A stretch of DNA of 64,000 bases from Ruditapes philippinarum. Taxonomy: Eukaryota. Location of the stretch: positions 248,001-312,000 of the forward strand of contig NW_026867377.1 in NCBI RefSeq assembly GCF_026571515.1, in the 5' to 3' direction. The position numbers and the translations under genes are program-made. Shown piece after piece: positions 25,511 through 37,241 of this stretch. The notes under the pieces were generated by a model that was not told where the DNA came from, did not search any database, and worked only from the letters and a program-made list of their open reading frames with translations. Position 1 is the first letter of the stretch. Every line of letters begins with the position of its first letter.

Positions 25511-28500
25511 TTTTTTTTTTTGTTTTTTTTTTAATTTTTTCAGCAACATATGTTGCCCATTTATTTTCCCCGTAATTGGTGCAGTGGGGTCGGAGAGCCA
25601 TCCCCTACTGTACCTTACATTATCAATTCATGGCATATATCATCATACTATATTTAAAACATTTAAGTGACATTAAGCTCATTTTTTTTTTCAAAGTCAA
25701 GTTGAGATTTATTGACTATAAATTTCATTATTGACAATAATAATGGTGTTTGACAACAGTTGATATAAGAAAAAGTTTTGGATAAAATAAATATCTGCCT
25801 AAAACATAAAGACTGTCCCATACTTTTATTAAGTATAATTTTTCCCTCTACATATATTTCCAAAATGTTCCTTGAGCCATAAGAGTTATGGAATATATTG
25901 AAAAACTGAGACGAATCATGGCAAAAATGTATTTCAACTTTCACTGTTTATATTCACTATTTGCTTTGGATGGGCATAATGTCACTTTAACTAAATAGAT
26001 ACAATATTGATATGCTAAAATAATTATTAATAGCTAAAATGGGGTTTTTGTGAATTTTTAAAGTAGTCTATTGCTGAATTTACATTTTCCTTTATATTCG
26101 AATTATATATACAAAAAAAGACAAAGTAAAAATAACCTCGTTTTTAAAACAAAATACTAAAGATATTACTACACAGCAATGTTGCATATTCATGTAAGTT
26201 ATTGAATTTAATAAAGCAACAGGTATATGGAAAAGGCAAAAACAAGTTTGAGGTTAGAATTCATCTAATTCAGAGGAAAATGTTTTCATTTACCTATATA
26301 AGTCTTCTCTAAAAAGTAAAAAAGAAAAGGTTGTTGGTGTAAAACTTGGAGGATTTACTTCCAAGTTATTAATATTCTCTAAATATTAGTAGAGGTCACT
26401 GATGGAAGGTCTGTCAGGTAAGTAGAGTGTCTTAATAATATTAATAATTAAACAAGGGGTGTCTACTACTTAAAAATATCAATAATTACATAGTCTCACT
26501 AACTTACTAAATTTTTAAACATTTCCCATGAGCGTTCAAATTTTTCATATTGAAACAGCTGTTTGGCACTGTATTTTTCAGTAGTATAAATAGAAACTAT
26601 TTGTTTCTTAAAAATTTCCAAAGAAGGCCTTATTTTCTTCAATCTGTTATAGTATATGTACTGTTTTGCTAGCAAAATAATCTTATTTAGGATGATGTTT
26701 ATATTAACATTCCCAAATAAGATATCAAAATTACTCCAATTAGTGAAATTTATATTACATTTTTCTTTGATATATGATTGTAATTGTTGCCAAAATTGTT
26801 TAATAGTTTCACAATTACAAAACAAATGTATTAAAGTTTCTGGCTCATGTTGGCAGAATGTACAGTCATTTTCTGTAATAATATTCATTTTTTTAAGAAG
26901 ATAGTTTGTGGCTAAAATTCTATGGTTGATTCTGTATTGAAACCAGATCAGTTTTGGGTCTTTTGTTACTCTAAAAACATTACTATATATTAATTTGAAA
27001 TTCAAGTTATTCATATCGCCTAAACTTATTAATTCATTTTTCCATTTTTGCAATGAATTTGGGTATTCTTCCTTCTTTTTTATCATTCTATATATAGATC
27101 TGCATCCTTTTTTATCTTTATTTATAATAGCCAAACCTAAAGGAATGTGGATATTGAATGATTTCTTAGGTAAATGTCTTATATTATTATTCAAAAGAAA
27201 TTCATTTACTGCAGCTAAAAAACCTTGATATTCCAAATAATTTGTTCTAATATTGAATATACTAATAAAATTTTGCCAGGTGTAAAATTCCCCTTCTTGA
27301 TTGATAAGGTCCCCTAAAAATATTACTCCCCTAGATACCCATCTGTTATAACAAACACTAGATCCTGCTACTTTAATGCCGGGATTATGCCATAAATTGA
27401 CTGAGTAACTTTGCTGACAAGAATTCACCTCTACATTTGAAAAAATTAAATAAAAACTGTAAAGCACATCTTTCAAAAAAGGATTTAAATCTTGATGTAA
27501 TTGTATTCTTGCGTAATCTGAACCATACTTATATATGTTATTTTAAAACGGGCATACACTTTTAACAAAGTGTAAAAATTACAATTAACTGTCAACAGTC
27601 TTCTTAGCCATGTTGCTTTTAAACTATACATAAAACACTTGAGATCAACCATCTTAAGCACTCCAAACTTGTATTCCTGTGATATAATATTTCTTTTAAC
27701 CTTATTTCTTGAATCACTCCATAGAAAATTGAAAAACATTTGCAAGATAATATTTATTTTTACTAGTGGTGGGTTAGGAATACTCAAAATCAAATGATTT
27801 AATTTTGACAAAGCAAGGGTTTTAATAACCACTAATTTGCCGAGTGGCGTTAACACTCTTTTTGACCAGCAAGCAAACAACTTTTTAATTTCCTCAATTT
27901 TTGAGTCATAATTAATATCAACTATATTAGATAAATCTACTGAAAATTTAATTCCAAGAAGTGTGAAAAAGTTATCTCCCCATGATAAATTGTATTCTGG
28001 ACAAAGTATTGTGCTACTGTATTTTTTTGACCCAAACCAAATTACTTTTGTTTTCTCCATATTTATATTAAGGCCTGAAATGTTTGCATAAAATTTTAAA
28101 GTTAACATTGTGTTTTTTAATGATTCTGACGTGCCATCTAAGAATAAACTAGTATCATCAGCATATTGAGAGAGTTTATACTCTGTACCATTAACACTAA
28201 TTCCTTTTATATTATTATTATCTCTTATCAATATTGACAGGATTTCTGCGCAAAGAATGAACAGGTAGGGAGACAGAGCATCACCTTGACGACAGCCTCT
28301 TTGTAGCGAGAACCAATCTGACATGTGACCATTAACAATAACACATGACTCTATATTTGTATAAAAAAGTTTGATCCATGATCTAACAGAGGGTCCAAAA
28401 TTAAAAAACTCTAAAACTTGATGCATAAATTTCCAGGAAACAGTATCAAAAGCAGCTGCAAAATCTATTAATAGTAACAATCCAGGTATATTATTCTTTT

Positions 28501-29406
28501 CCGAGTAGAACAAGAGATCATAAACTAATCTTATATTTGTCGCCATGAGTCTTACGGGTAAAAAGCCTGTTTGGTCATCGTTAATGATCTTTCCTAAAAT
28601 ATTTTTTATGCGAAAAGCTATTGAAGAAGATGCAATTTTATAAGATACATTTAGTAGTGAAATTGGTCTCCAATTTTTCAAGTAGGATTTATCTTTGTTT
28701 CCTTTTGGAATGCAGGTTATAACACCTTGTTTTTGAGTTACTGACAGTTCACCTATGTTATATGCATGATTTATTGATCTAACTAAAAACATACCTAAAT
28801 CATTCCAGAAAAATTTAAAAAATTCTACAGTAAAACCATCATTGCCTGGACTTGTATTATTTGACATGCGTTTCAGACTATTCAACATTTCATTGTAAGT
28901 TAGGGCACCTTCAATAGATTGTTTCTCATTATCTAGTAATTTTGGTATGTCAGTATTATACAAAATTTGACTTAAACACACTGTTTCAGTATTTTTGAAT
29001 TTATATAAATTTTCATAATGCCTCTTTGTTTCTGTAAGTATTTCTTCCTGTTTTTGTAAATGTTTTCCTGTTTCTGTTATTAAAGAATTCATAAATTTTG
29101 AGACATAATTTCTGTTTTCCAAATTGCAAAAGTATCTTGTAGGTTTCTCTCCTTCTTGTATCCATTTAGCTCTTGATCTTATAAATACACCATCCATTTT
29201 TTTCTTCCGTAAATCTAAAAGTTCTTTTCTTTTGTTTTCTAAAAGTTCATAATTAGTGTTAGGATGGGACTCAATATTCTTTATTTCTTTTAAAAGTTTA
29301 TCTTCATTATTGATGTTTATTTTTTTTTCTATGAGACGCATAACGAATGGTGATTCCTCTAATAGATAAAAGAAGAGTTTCAAAAAAATAACTGGTCATT
29401 AATGGT
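25511..29406 (-). mobile_element. 5'-truncated L1/Tx1-clade LINE: RT plus zf-RVT ORF2 (frameshifted), ~1-kb 3' UTR, poly(A), TSD
   Basis: ORF 27485..29383 has RT motifs NWRPISLLN, GCRQGDALSPYLF and QYADD. ORF 26499..27476 has the zf-RVT CTFCQHEPETLIHLFCNC. Frameshift near 27540-27560. Poly(A) at ~25511-25540. TATAAAAGG(TT) repeated at 25502 and 29407. Confidence 0.93.
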
Positions 29407-31156
29407 TATAAAAGGTTGGTATGTTAAAGTATTTACCAAGATTGTATAATATTCCCTTCACATCGCTTCATTGAATGTAAGAAATATTGTTGTATGTATC
29501 ATAACGTTTTGTCTTATAGAAATGGATGTATTATTTGAGCATAGAGAACGTTGCAAGTTTTAACTTATAACACTAAATATGGAATATGGTAAAACATCCG
29601 GTACCGCAGCATACAGCTATTAACCTTTAAGCGTAGAAAATGATAACAACTACCGTGCCTCGCAATAAAAAACAACAATAACATTCTATCTTAATTAATG
29701 TCTGTATAGTAGTTCATATGATGTATTTGAAAAGCTAATTAATTACTATTCAGTTAATGCATATTTTGATTTTTTTTCCTTAAATGAGAATAGTTTTGTT
29801 CAGATTGAAAGATAAATAAGTCCAGAAAAGATCAATGGCTTGGAAATATTTAAAAATCATATTTCTCAAAATGTACGAATTCCACTTCCTTAACAATTTA
29901 ATTTTACAGTATTTTCAACGCTTGAAACGTATAAAAAGGATAATAAGTAAGCTTATTTATTTATTTGTTTGTTATTTTTTGCAAAAATACCAAATGTATA
30001 CCTTCTACTTATTTCCTATTACTTTCATAACAATTCAAAACGAATCAAAAGAAATATTATCAACATCAATTATAAAGAAGTATCAAATTGCTAACAGTTG
30101 TCACATCAGATGTGAAGTCTTTTTTTATTTTAACCATCATTTTATATGGTTATTTATTCTTTTCAGCTTACTTTTCGATGTTTTATTCATGTCGAACAGC
30201 AAAAACTACGAAATTTTGTTTATTTTGATTTAAAAGTAACTTAATTATCAGGTTGAAGGATCTGACCTTAACAAAACATCTTTTCATTAGTCTGAATGTA
30301 TTTATGCACCGTTTTGACATATATAACAATTTTTCATTTGTCGTTTATATCATTTGCTTTCTTTTCTCGTCATTCAGTATAAGTTAACCATTTGTTAGAA
30401 TTCAAATTTCCCACCCATTAAGCATTTAGGTACCTTTTTGTTTGGAGGAATATAAATGTGTTTGTACATTGGTTTATTCATTGGTTTATTTCAATGTTTA
30501 AACTCCAACATGTGTGGGAATTATAACTGTCATTTAATATCAGAGACCTATTGAATCTCAGGAAAGGCTAAATGCTGCAAGCTGGCAATTAAACATCATA
30601 CGACTATTGGAGCGGATACGACAATAACACTTTATTTATTTTACTTTATCATATCATAATTATATGCTAAACATTTTAGGTTTTCATAAAATTGTGTCGC
30701 AATATACTCATAAACCGTGAAATTCGGTCAAGACTGTTAATAAATTTATAAATGAATACCTGAATAGGGTCAACATTTATTTATACAGTATTTACCGTAC
30801 AGGTAGCGTTCATATATGAAGTTTTGTCAAAATTACACATTCACCGCAGAGCAGTCTCTTTACATGTACATGTAGTTTAATTAATAGCAGCCGTCTTTAG
30901 CTGGATTATGATTGATAAATTTCAAGCAATATCTGAACTAAAAGTTGACACGATATTTCGGTAAAGTTTCTTTTTGTTTCCTGCGGCAGACACGATTTTA
31001 TTAAGTCTGTTCCAAAGTGCAACATCACCCACACTCTCTTTCACCGGCTAAGCAATATCAAATCAAAGGCACTATACCTAAAGTTATAAATTCGAAGTTA
31101 TTACTGATCTTTATAATGCCTCCACCCCTACCTTTATAAAAGCACCAAAATGGTAG

Positions 31157-31854
31157 TATATAAATAACACATGGGTTTGTGGGTAACAGTAAAAATATCA
31201 TCCCGAGGAAAATACTGTTACCCTCGGCTACGCCTCGGGTAACAGTATTTTCCTCGGGATGATATTTTTACTGTTACTCACAAACCCATGTGTTATTTAT
31301 TTTATTACCCCGAACAAAAATACTTTGATGATCTGTAATTGTCAACTAAATCTAACTGTAACAAAAATAAACCAAGAGTAACAATAACTAAACTGTCCTT
31401 ACCTTTTAAGTTTTAAGTGTACTTTAGGCCTACTTGAGAAGTTTTCTTTTTCTTTTATTCTTAAAGCAAGTGATGATATCTACAAATCATAAACATACAA
31501 TAAGCTAGGTTTTATTTAGGAAACAAAACACTAACCCATTTACACGGTTATGATCTGTGAAATCTGATCCTCCTGTTTCCAGAATATTCTTAGCATGGTT
31601 TTTGACAAAATAACGACGATATCCTATGTCTGTCCACCATATCTGTAACGTTTCACTGATTAAAATTGTGAAATAATCCTTTGTTGCATGCTTAAATCGT
31701 CTGCATGTTCCAGTTTGACACATAATTATTTACATTGCAATTACTTCCGTTGAAAACGGATGTTCACTTTTTGACTATTCAACAAAAAGATATTTCATAC
31801 GCGAAAAGCACACCAGGGTGCGAACAACTAAATTTTATGAGTGTCATAGTTACT
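31157..31854. mobile_element. Hairpin-ended non-autonomous element, left copy (apparently truncated)
   Basis: Near-perfect ~130-bp hairpin at 31160-31290 with loop CTCGGCTACGCCTCG. The whole segment is the reverse complement of ~32874-33581. Confidence 0.8.
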
Positions 31855-32637
31855 CCTGAGAAGAAAGGAAATTTTGTACCAACCACAACTTAATGTATCT
31901 ACCTAAATCTAACCGGTGATAGAAACCAAGGAAATCAAGACAATCAATGCAACGTCTGAAATAAAGTACTGTCATATCTAAAACATATAGCACTATGAAA
32001 TGCTTAGGGCTGCGTGTACCCGTGGATATGTACACATGTACTGTATGTGTGACATCGGTTGAACATAAATCGACTTGCATGCATAGTTTGTATCATTCAG
32101 TGAAAATTTGGTAGGTAATGGTGTCATGTACACGGTCCGTACTCTCAGTGCCCGAGGGGGCGGATAGACCCTCATTAATCTAGAACACATACATCGGTTG
32201 AACATAATACTGTAAAAGGTATTTCAGTAAACCAGAACTCTGCTTCATTAGTAGGATCTTGATAATTTTCAAATAATTATAATCTGATGAATAAAACGCT
32301 TGGAAGTATTCATTTATTACGATTGATTACAACGATATAATGTCATCGGTGCATGTATAACATCGAATGACAAATGCATTTATCATATTTGTTGTCAGAT
32401 TTTGCATTTAAAATTACCTTTTGAATTTCGTTATTGTTCTAGTCCTACTTTCAGTCAATCAAATGTGTAAATTTTACATTTGTCAATTTAAACGACAAAA
32501 CAATAAAGGCCTCTTTCTGTAACTGATTGTTGAAAGAAAAAGAGTGCCCTAAAGGCTGTGCAGTTTGGACACAACAAAAAGGGTAAAAAACCATTCGATA
32601 TTCCTCGCCGATAACATAACAATCATTTACCAAATTA

Positions 32638-33581
32638 TTTTATTACCCCTCACTTTTTTCGTAATGTTAATTTCCCATAGACCTCTGGGAGTTATTCTTA
32701 CTGTTAATGCAAGTGTACCACGTGACTACGAATTTTGTACTGTTACATAGGTAACAGTATTTTTTAACAGTATAAAATCTGGTCACGTGGTCTATTTTCT
32801 AAATAAAATGAAATAAAATGGCCGCCATTTTTTTCTCGATTCATTCTTATTTGCGACGATAGGGCATCGCCGAAGTAACTCTGATAAAATTTAGTTCTTT
32901 GCACCCTAGAGTCCCTTTCGCGTATTAAATATCTTTTTGTTGAATAGTCAACAGGAAACATCCGTTTTCAACGGAAGTTATTGAAATGTAAATAATTTTG
33001 TGTCAAACTGGAAGATGCAGACAATTAAAGCATGCAACAAAGGATAATTTAACAATTTTAACCTGTGAAACGTTACAGATAGAGTTGGTGGACAGACATA
33101 TGTAGGATATCATCGTTATTTTCTAAATGCACTTTGTCTAAAACCATGCGAAGAATATTCTGGATGCAGAAGGATCAGATTTCACAGATCATAACCTTAT
33201 AAATGGGTTAGTGTTTTGTTTTCTGAATAAAACACAGCTTATTTTATGTTTATGACTGGTAGATATCAACACTTGCCTAAAGAATAAAAGAAAAACAGCT
33301 TCTTAAGTAGGCCTACAGTGCACTTAAACTTACAAGGTAAGGACAGTTTAGTTATTGTTTCTCTTGGCTTATTTTTGTTCCAGTTAGATTTAGTTGACAA
33401 ATTCAGATCATCACAGTATTTGTTCGGGGTAATAAAATAAATAACACATGGGTTTGTGGGTAACAGTAAAAATATCATCCCAAGGAAAATACTGTTACCC
33501 GAGGCGTAGCCGAGGGTAACAGTATTTATACGAGGGATGATATTTTTACTGTTACCCACAAACCCATGTGTTATTTATATA
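32638..33581. mobile_element. Hairpin-ended non-autonomous element, right copy (apparently complete, opposite orientation)
   Basis: Terminal hairpin ~33437-33567 (loop CGAGGCGTAGCCGAG). Inverted pair tttattacccc (~32640) and ggggtaataaa (~33426). Internal ACTGTTA/TAACAGT repeats. Same architecture as 17246-17611. Confidence 0.8.
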
Positions 33582-34127
33582 ATAACACGGGTTAAAACAT
33601 GGCTGAAACGTTGTACTCGAGAAGAATGCTGCTTCTTACTTAATTAGTTTTAATTTCTTCATTGATTAGGGCTGAATTTTTCTTTTCAGTATATGTGTAT
33701 ACTGTGTATTCTAAGGATTCATTTTCTTTCAATTTTCACATTTTTGCTTTCTTCTATGAGCAAGTAGTTGAAATATTACGTGTAACCTATCAACACAAAA
33801 TACTATCAAACTTGCATTTCACTTATGAAAAAATTGTAAAATATGGTATATACTAGTTTCTGGTAAAGCTGATTAAGTTCACAATGTCATATTTTAATAC
33901 ATTAAAAACTAATAAAGCATTTTTGGTGACAGTTTAAATGTGAATTTCTATATATAATCTAAATTCTAATGTCATTAACTGTTATAGAAAATGCAGAAAT
34001 ACACACATTTATATATATATATTATGATTATATTATTGATTCGAACACATGGCGTGATATGCATGTATAAGTTTATTGGTATTCTAATTATATAGCAACA
34101 TTGCTGCAGATTGTGCAAGATTGTGAA

Positions 34128-35207
34128 ATGGAAAATGAAGTTTTAGGATTGTTACATGAAGTCGGGTATTCAAAAGAACTCTCGGAGAAACGCGCCAAAA
34201 TTTATGAAAATGCTGGAAAAGGAGTAACAATATTTGAGAGAAGAAACTTTGGTGGAGATTTTGATATTGTGATAGGCGGAAGTAGAGGAGACGGTACGGG
34301 AGTGTATTTAGACTGTGATGTAGATAAAATATTTGTTCAAAATGAAGTTAAATGTTTTGATGAAATCGGAATTGACGCGATCGATGCTTCTTTTAAAACT
34401 GTATTTCGATTAGAAACAGAAGGAATCCCAAGTGGTTATGCAAAACTTCGACTACATAGTATGCAAGATGGAGCAGATACCAATCAAACAGGCGACATAT
34501 TGCAACATAGAATAAAACAAGCTCTCACCAATGTTGATGGAATCCAATATCTACGGAATGATCATACGCTATGCTCAGCTATTGGTCCCCAACCAGGGCA
34601 AGTGTCAAACAGTTGGCTTCATCAAAACATTGTATATTCCAAAGTCAAAGCTGGACCTTCTACACCTTATAATATTCGCATACCTTTATTGCAAACAAAT
34701 TTAGAACTTGATGAGGCTCTAGCGTTTCGGTGCTCATGTCCTGCTATTGTTCATCAGTGTTGTGAACGAGTCAGTGGGCGCCAATGGCCTCCGACATATA
34801 TTGTCCAATCAGTGATATCGCAAGATGCTTACGTTGTTCCGGTTGGGCTAAAAGATCATACTGATGAAAATTTACAATGGCGAATTTGTTTTACACTGAC
34901 CGAGATTGCATTAGTACAATCATTTAACGACACCCAAATCAAACTTTTTGCGGCTTTGAAGCTGGTAACGAAGCATTGCCTTAAACCAATTTGCAAAAAT
35001 ATTACCACATATATCATAAAAAACATCCTGTTCTGGTTAATGGAAGAAAGTGAACACAGTCATTGGGAAGAGAAATACTTCAATGAACGGTTTACAGACG
35101 CTTTGCTGTATCTGAAAACGTCAATAAATAACAGAGAACTTAAAAATTACATGATACCAACAAGAAATCTGCTCCTCAATAAAGTAAGCTACGAAGCTAT
35201 GCTTTGA
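34128..35207 (+). CDS. Mab-21/cGAS-like nucleotidyltransferase (cGLR); C-terminus apparently frameshifted (possible pseudogene or consensus error)
   Basis: GGSRGDGTGVYLDCDVDKIF fits the NTase motif GS-x11-DhD. Third acidic residue in LDEALAFRC. Mab-21 hallmarks WPP, VVPVG, QWRICFTLTE, LK, ITTYIIKNILFW, NYMIPTRNLL. First ATG at 34128; a possible acceptor tgcag at ~34105-34109 could splice an upstream exon. Confidence 0.85.
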   Translation: MENEVLGLLHEVGYSKELSEKRAKIYENAGKGVTIFERRNFGGDFDIVIGGSRGDGTGVYLDCDVDKIFVQNEVKCFDEIGIDAIDASFKTVFRLETEGIPSGYAKLRLHSMQDGADTNQTGDILQHRIKQALTNVDGIQYLRNDHTLCSAIGPQPGQVSNSWLHQNIVYSKVKAGPSTPYNIRIPLLQTNLELDEALAFRCSCPAIVHQCCERVSGRQWPPTYIVQSVISQDAYVVPVGLKDHTDENLQWRICFTLTEIALVQSFNDTQIKLFAALKLVTKHCLKPICKNITTYIIKNILFWLMEESEHSHWEEKYFNERFTDALLYLKTSINNRELKNYMIPTRNLLLNKVSYEAML

Positions 35208-35561
35208 TTAAAAAAGTAGATTATCTGCTTATGGACGGAGTTAGCACAGTGTTTGCATGTCCAGAGATCAAAGAAATTATAACGATTGATAAACACGAAC
35301 GTCATAAAATTCTCATAAAAAGGCAAGCTCGGGAGGAGGTTGTGTTGTCCATTTTTTCGCACCCTCCAGAACTAATTGCTACAATTTTTACTAAACTTGT
35401 TTATGGCGGAAAATGAAATCGGGGTTACCGAAGTCTTCACCGATAAGATCTTTGCCTATGTGAGGAAAAACAATCCTTTTGACTTTTTCCGTTACATAAT
35501 TTCCATGGATACTAATTTGGTTTTCGAAACTTGCAATTTTCCAGATTGTACGATTTTATGA
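35204..35561 (+). pseudogene. Probable out-of-frame C-terminal continuation of the cGLR (ORFs 35204..35416 and 35376..35561)
   Basis: Overlapping ORFs directly follow the early TGA. LIKKVDYLLMDGVSTVFACPEIKEI reads like the helical region that usually follows NLL in Mab-21 proteins (inference). Confidence 0.55.
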
Positions 35562-37241
35562 AACGTCTATTAAATTATTCAACAATGAGTCAGTGTATAC
35601 ATGTATTGATTATAAATATGACGGCTGTTGTGACCTATAATATAGGAAATGATAACATATAACATAACAGGGAACGTGTGAATGCAAACCAAGTTTTCAA
35701 AATCATGTCACTTTTATTTCACTAAAACTTAATAAGTATATACAACTTTAGGAAACAACAAAACAAATATAATGAAATAATATACATTTGAATGTTTATA
35801 TAAGATGTAAACGACGCGTAAATTGCAATGATTTTATAGAGTGAGACAATTTTTTTGTACTATTCAGACTATTTGGTCATTCAAAACTATAAATGTCTTG
35901 TACTAAATATTTGATAAAATAAAAATACACAGACGTGGCAATATGCCGGGAAATGAGATTCATAATAAAGTGCCATTTTGTATATTTCCGATAATAAAGT
36001 GCCATTTTGTATATTTCCAATTCTACGCATAATATTAGAATGTCATTTGAACATGATTTCATATAAAGTGTAATTTAAAGGAAAAGTAAACATTTTATTC
36101 CAAAGCAATGGAAGTCATTCGTTCACCATTAGCGAAGAACACGTGATACAGTAAAGTTCTTGTGTAAGATATATGTTAAAAACATGGATATATGTGCGTG
36201 CACGAGCGTCAAATAATAGTTCTTATTATAGATATGTGTTAAACCATGGATATATATTCACGAGAGTCAAATAGGTGCCATTAGTAACAGCTCTTTTTAA
36301 ACATGGACAAGTCATTCACACATCTTTCATTCTTATGTGACATACATATAAGTGATCTCAATTTCAAGTTTTAGACAACCATGTTAACACATATAAATAT
36401 CATTTGTCTACAATAAAATTCATAGCACTGATATAAACATCTTAAAATGTGTAACAGTGCAATATATATGCCATGGAAAATCATATAAATTTATTAAAAA
36501 AAAAACATTGTTAGACAATTAAATCATGTAAGTTATGATGGCTGACTATGTAATGTCAATTCAATTGTTAGTACAGAGAGATGAATAGAACTGATATTGG
36601 CAATGATCATTCACTATAATATAGTTACGTAATAACAGTTGGTATTACATTATATAGACGAGTACAAATTATGCAAACAAAGTCCACTTGCCGTCTGTGA
36701 ACATAGGCCTCCTCCATTAGATCTCGTACTTTGACACCCGTTTTAAATTGGTCAACAAAAGGTTTAGGCGCAAACCGAAAAAATTTTTTATAAAGGAGAA
36801 CCCTTTTTATTTGATTCCAAATCAAAAAGGGATCACAGGGCTAGCATGAAATTTTTTTCCGAGTCAAAATTTTTTTCGAAAAACGCGGGGCCTGTACTTT
36901 TATTGTAATAAGGCAAAAGGGACATTCAATTTTTTACAAATTCATCAAAAATGGGAACCAACGTCTCAGTCATACTTTTACTACTAGTGTGCGGGGGGCG
37001 TGTTGTGTAAAATTTTTATGCTCTAAAAACCAAATCCTTCATTTTTTTTCATATGTAATTGCAAAAGGCTGAAGATCTAGCATAAATTTCAATTAAAAAA
37101 TAAAAAGTTCTTGATGGGTTTTTTTTTGATGTCCAAAAATTTCAAAACCAAAAAAAATTAAATTGGGGATTAAAAATAAGCACATATAGTCCTGGGCTAT
37201 ATTTTAGCATTTTTTATTTTCTAGGGAAAAAAGTGCTTTTA

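Noticed and set aside
29835-30233. 132-aa hydrophobic ORF (and similar 5709..5999)
   Set aside because: F/I/L/Y/K-biased chance ORFs in AT-rich DNA.
32052-32207. 17-bp direct repeat acatcggttgaacataa flanking ~120 bp
   Set aside because: Could be a TSD, but the insert has no tail, TIR or recognisable identity.
35963-36275. Short local duplications (29 bp and ~60 bp)
   Set aside because: Ordinary slippage-type duplications.
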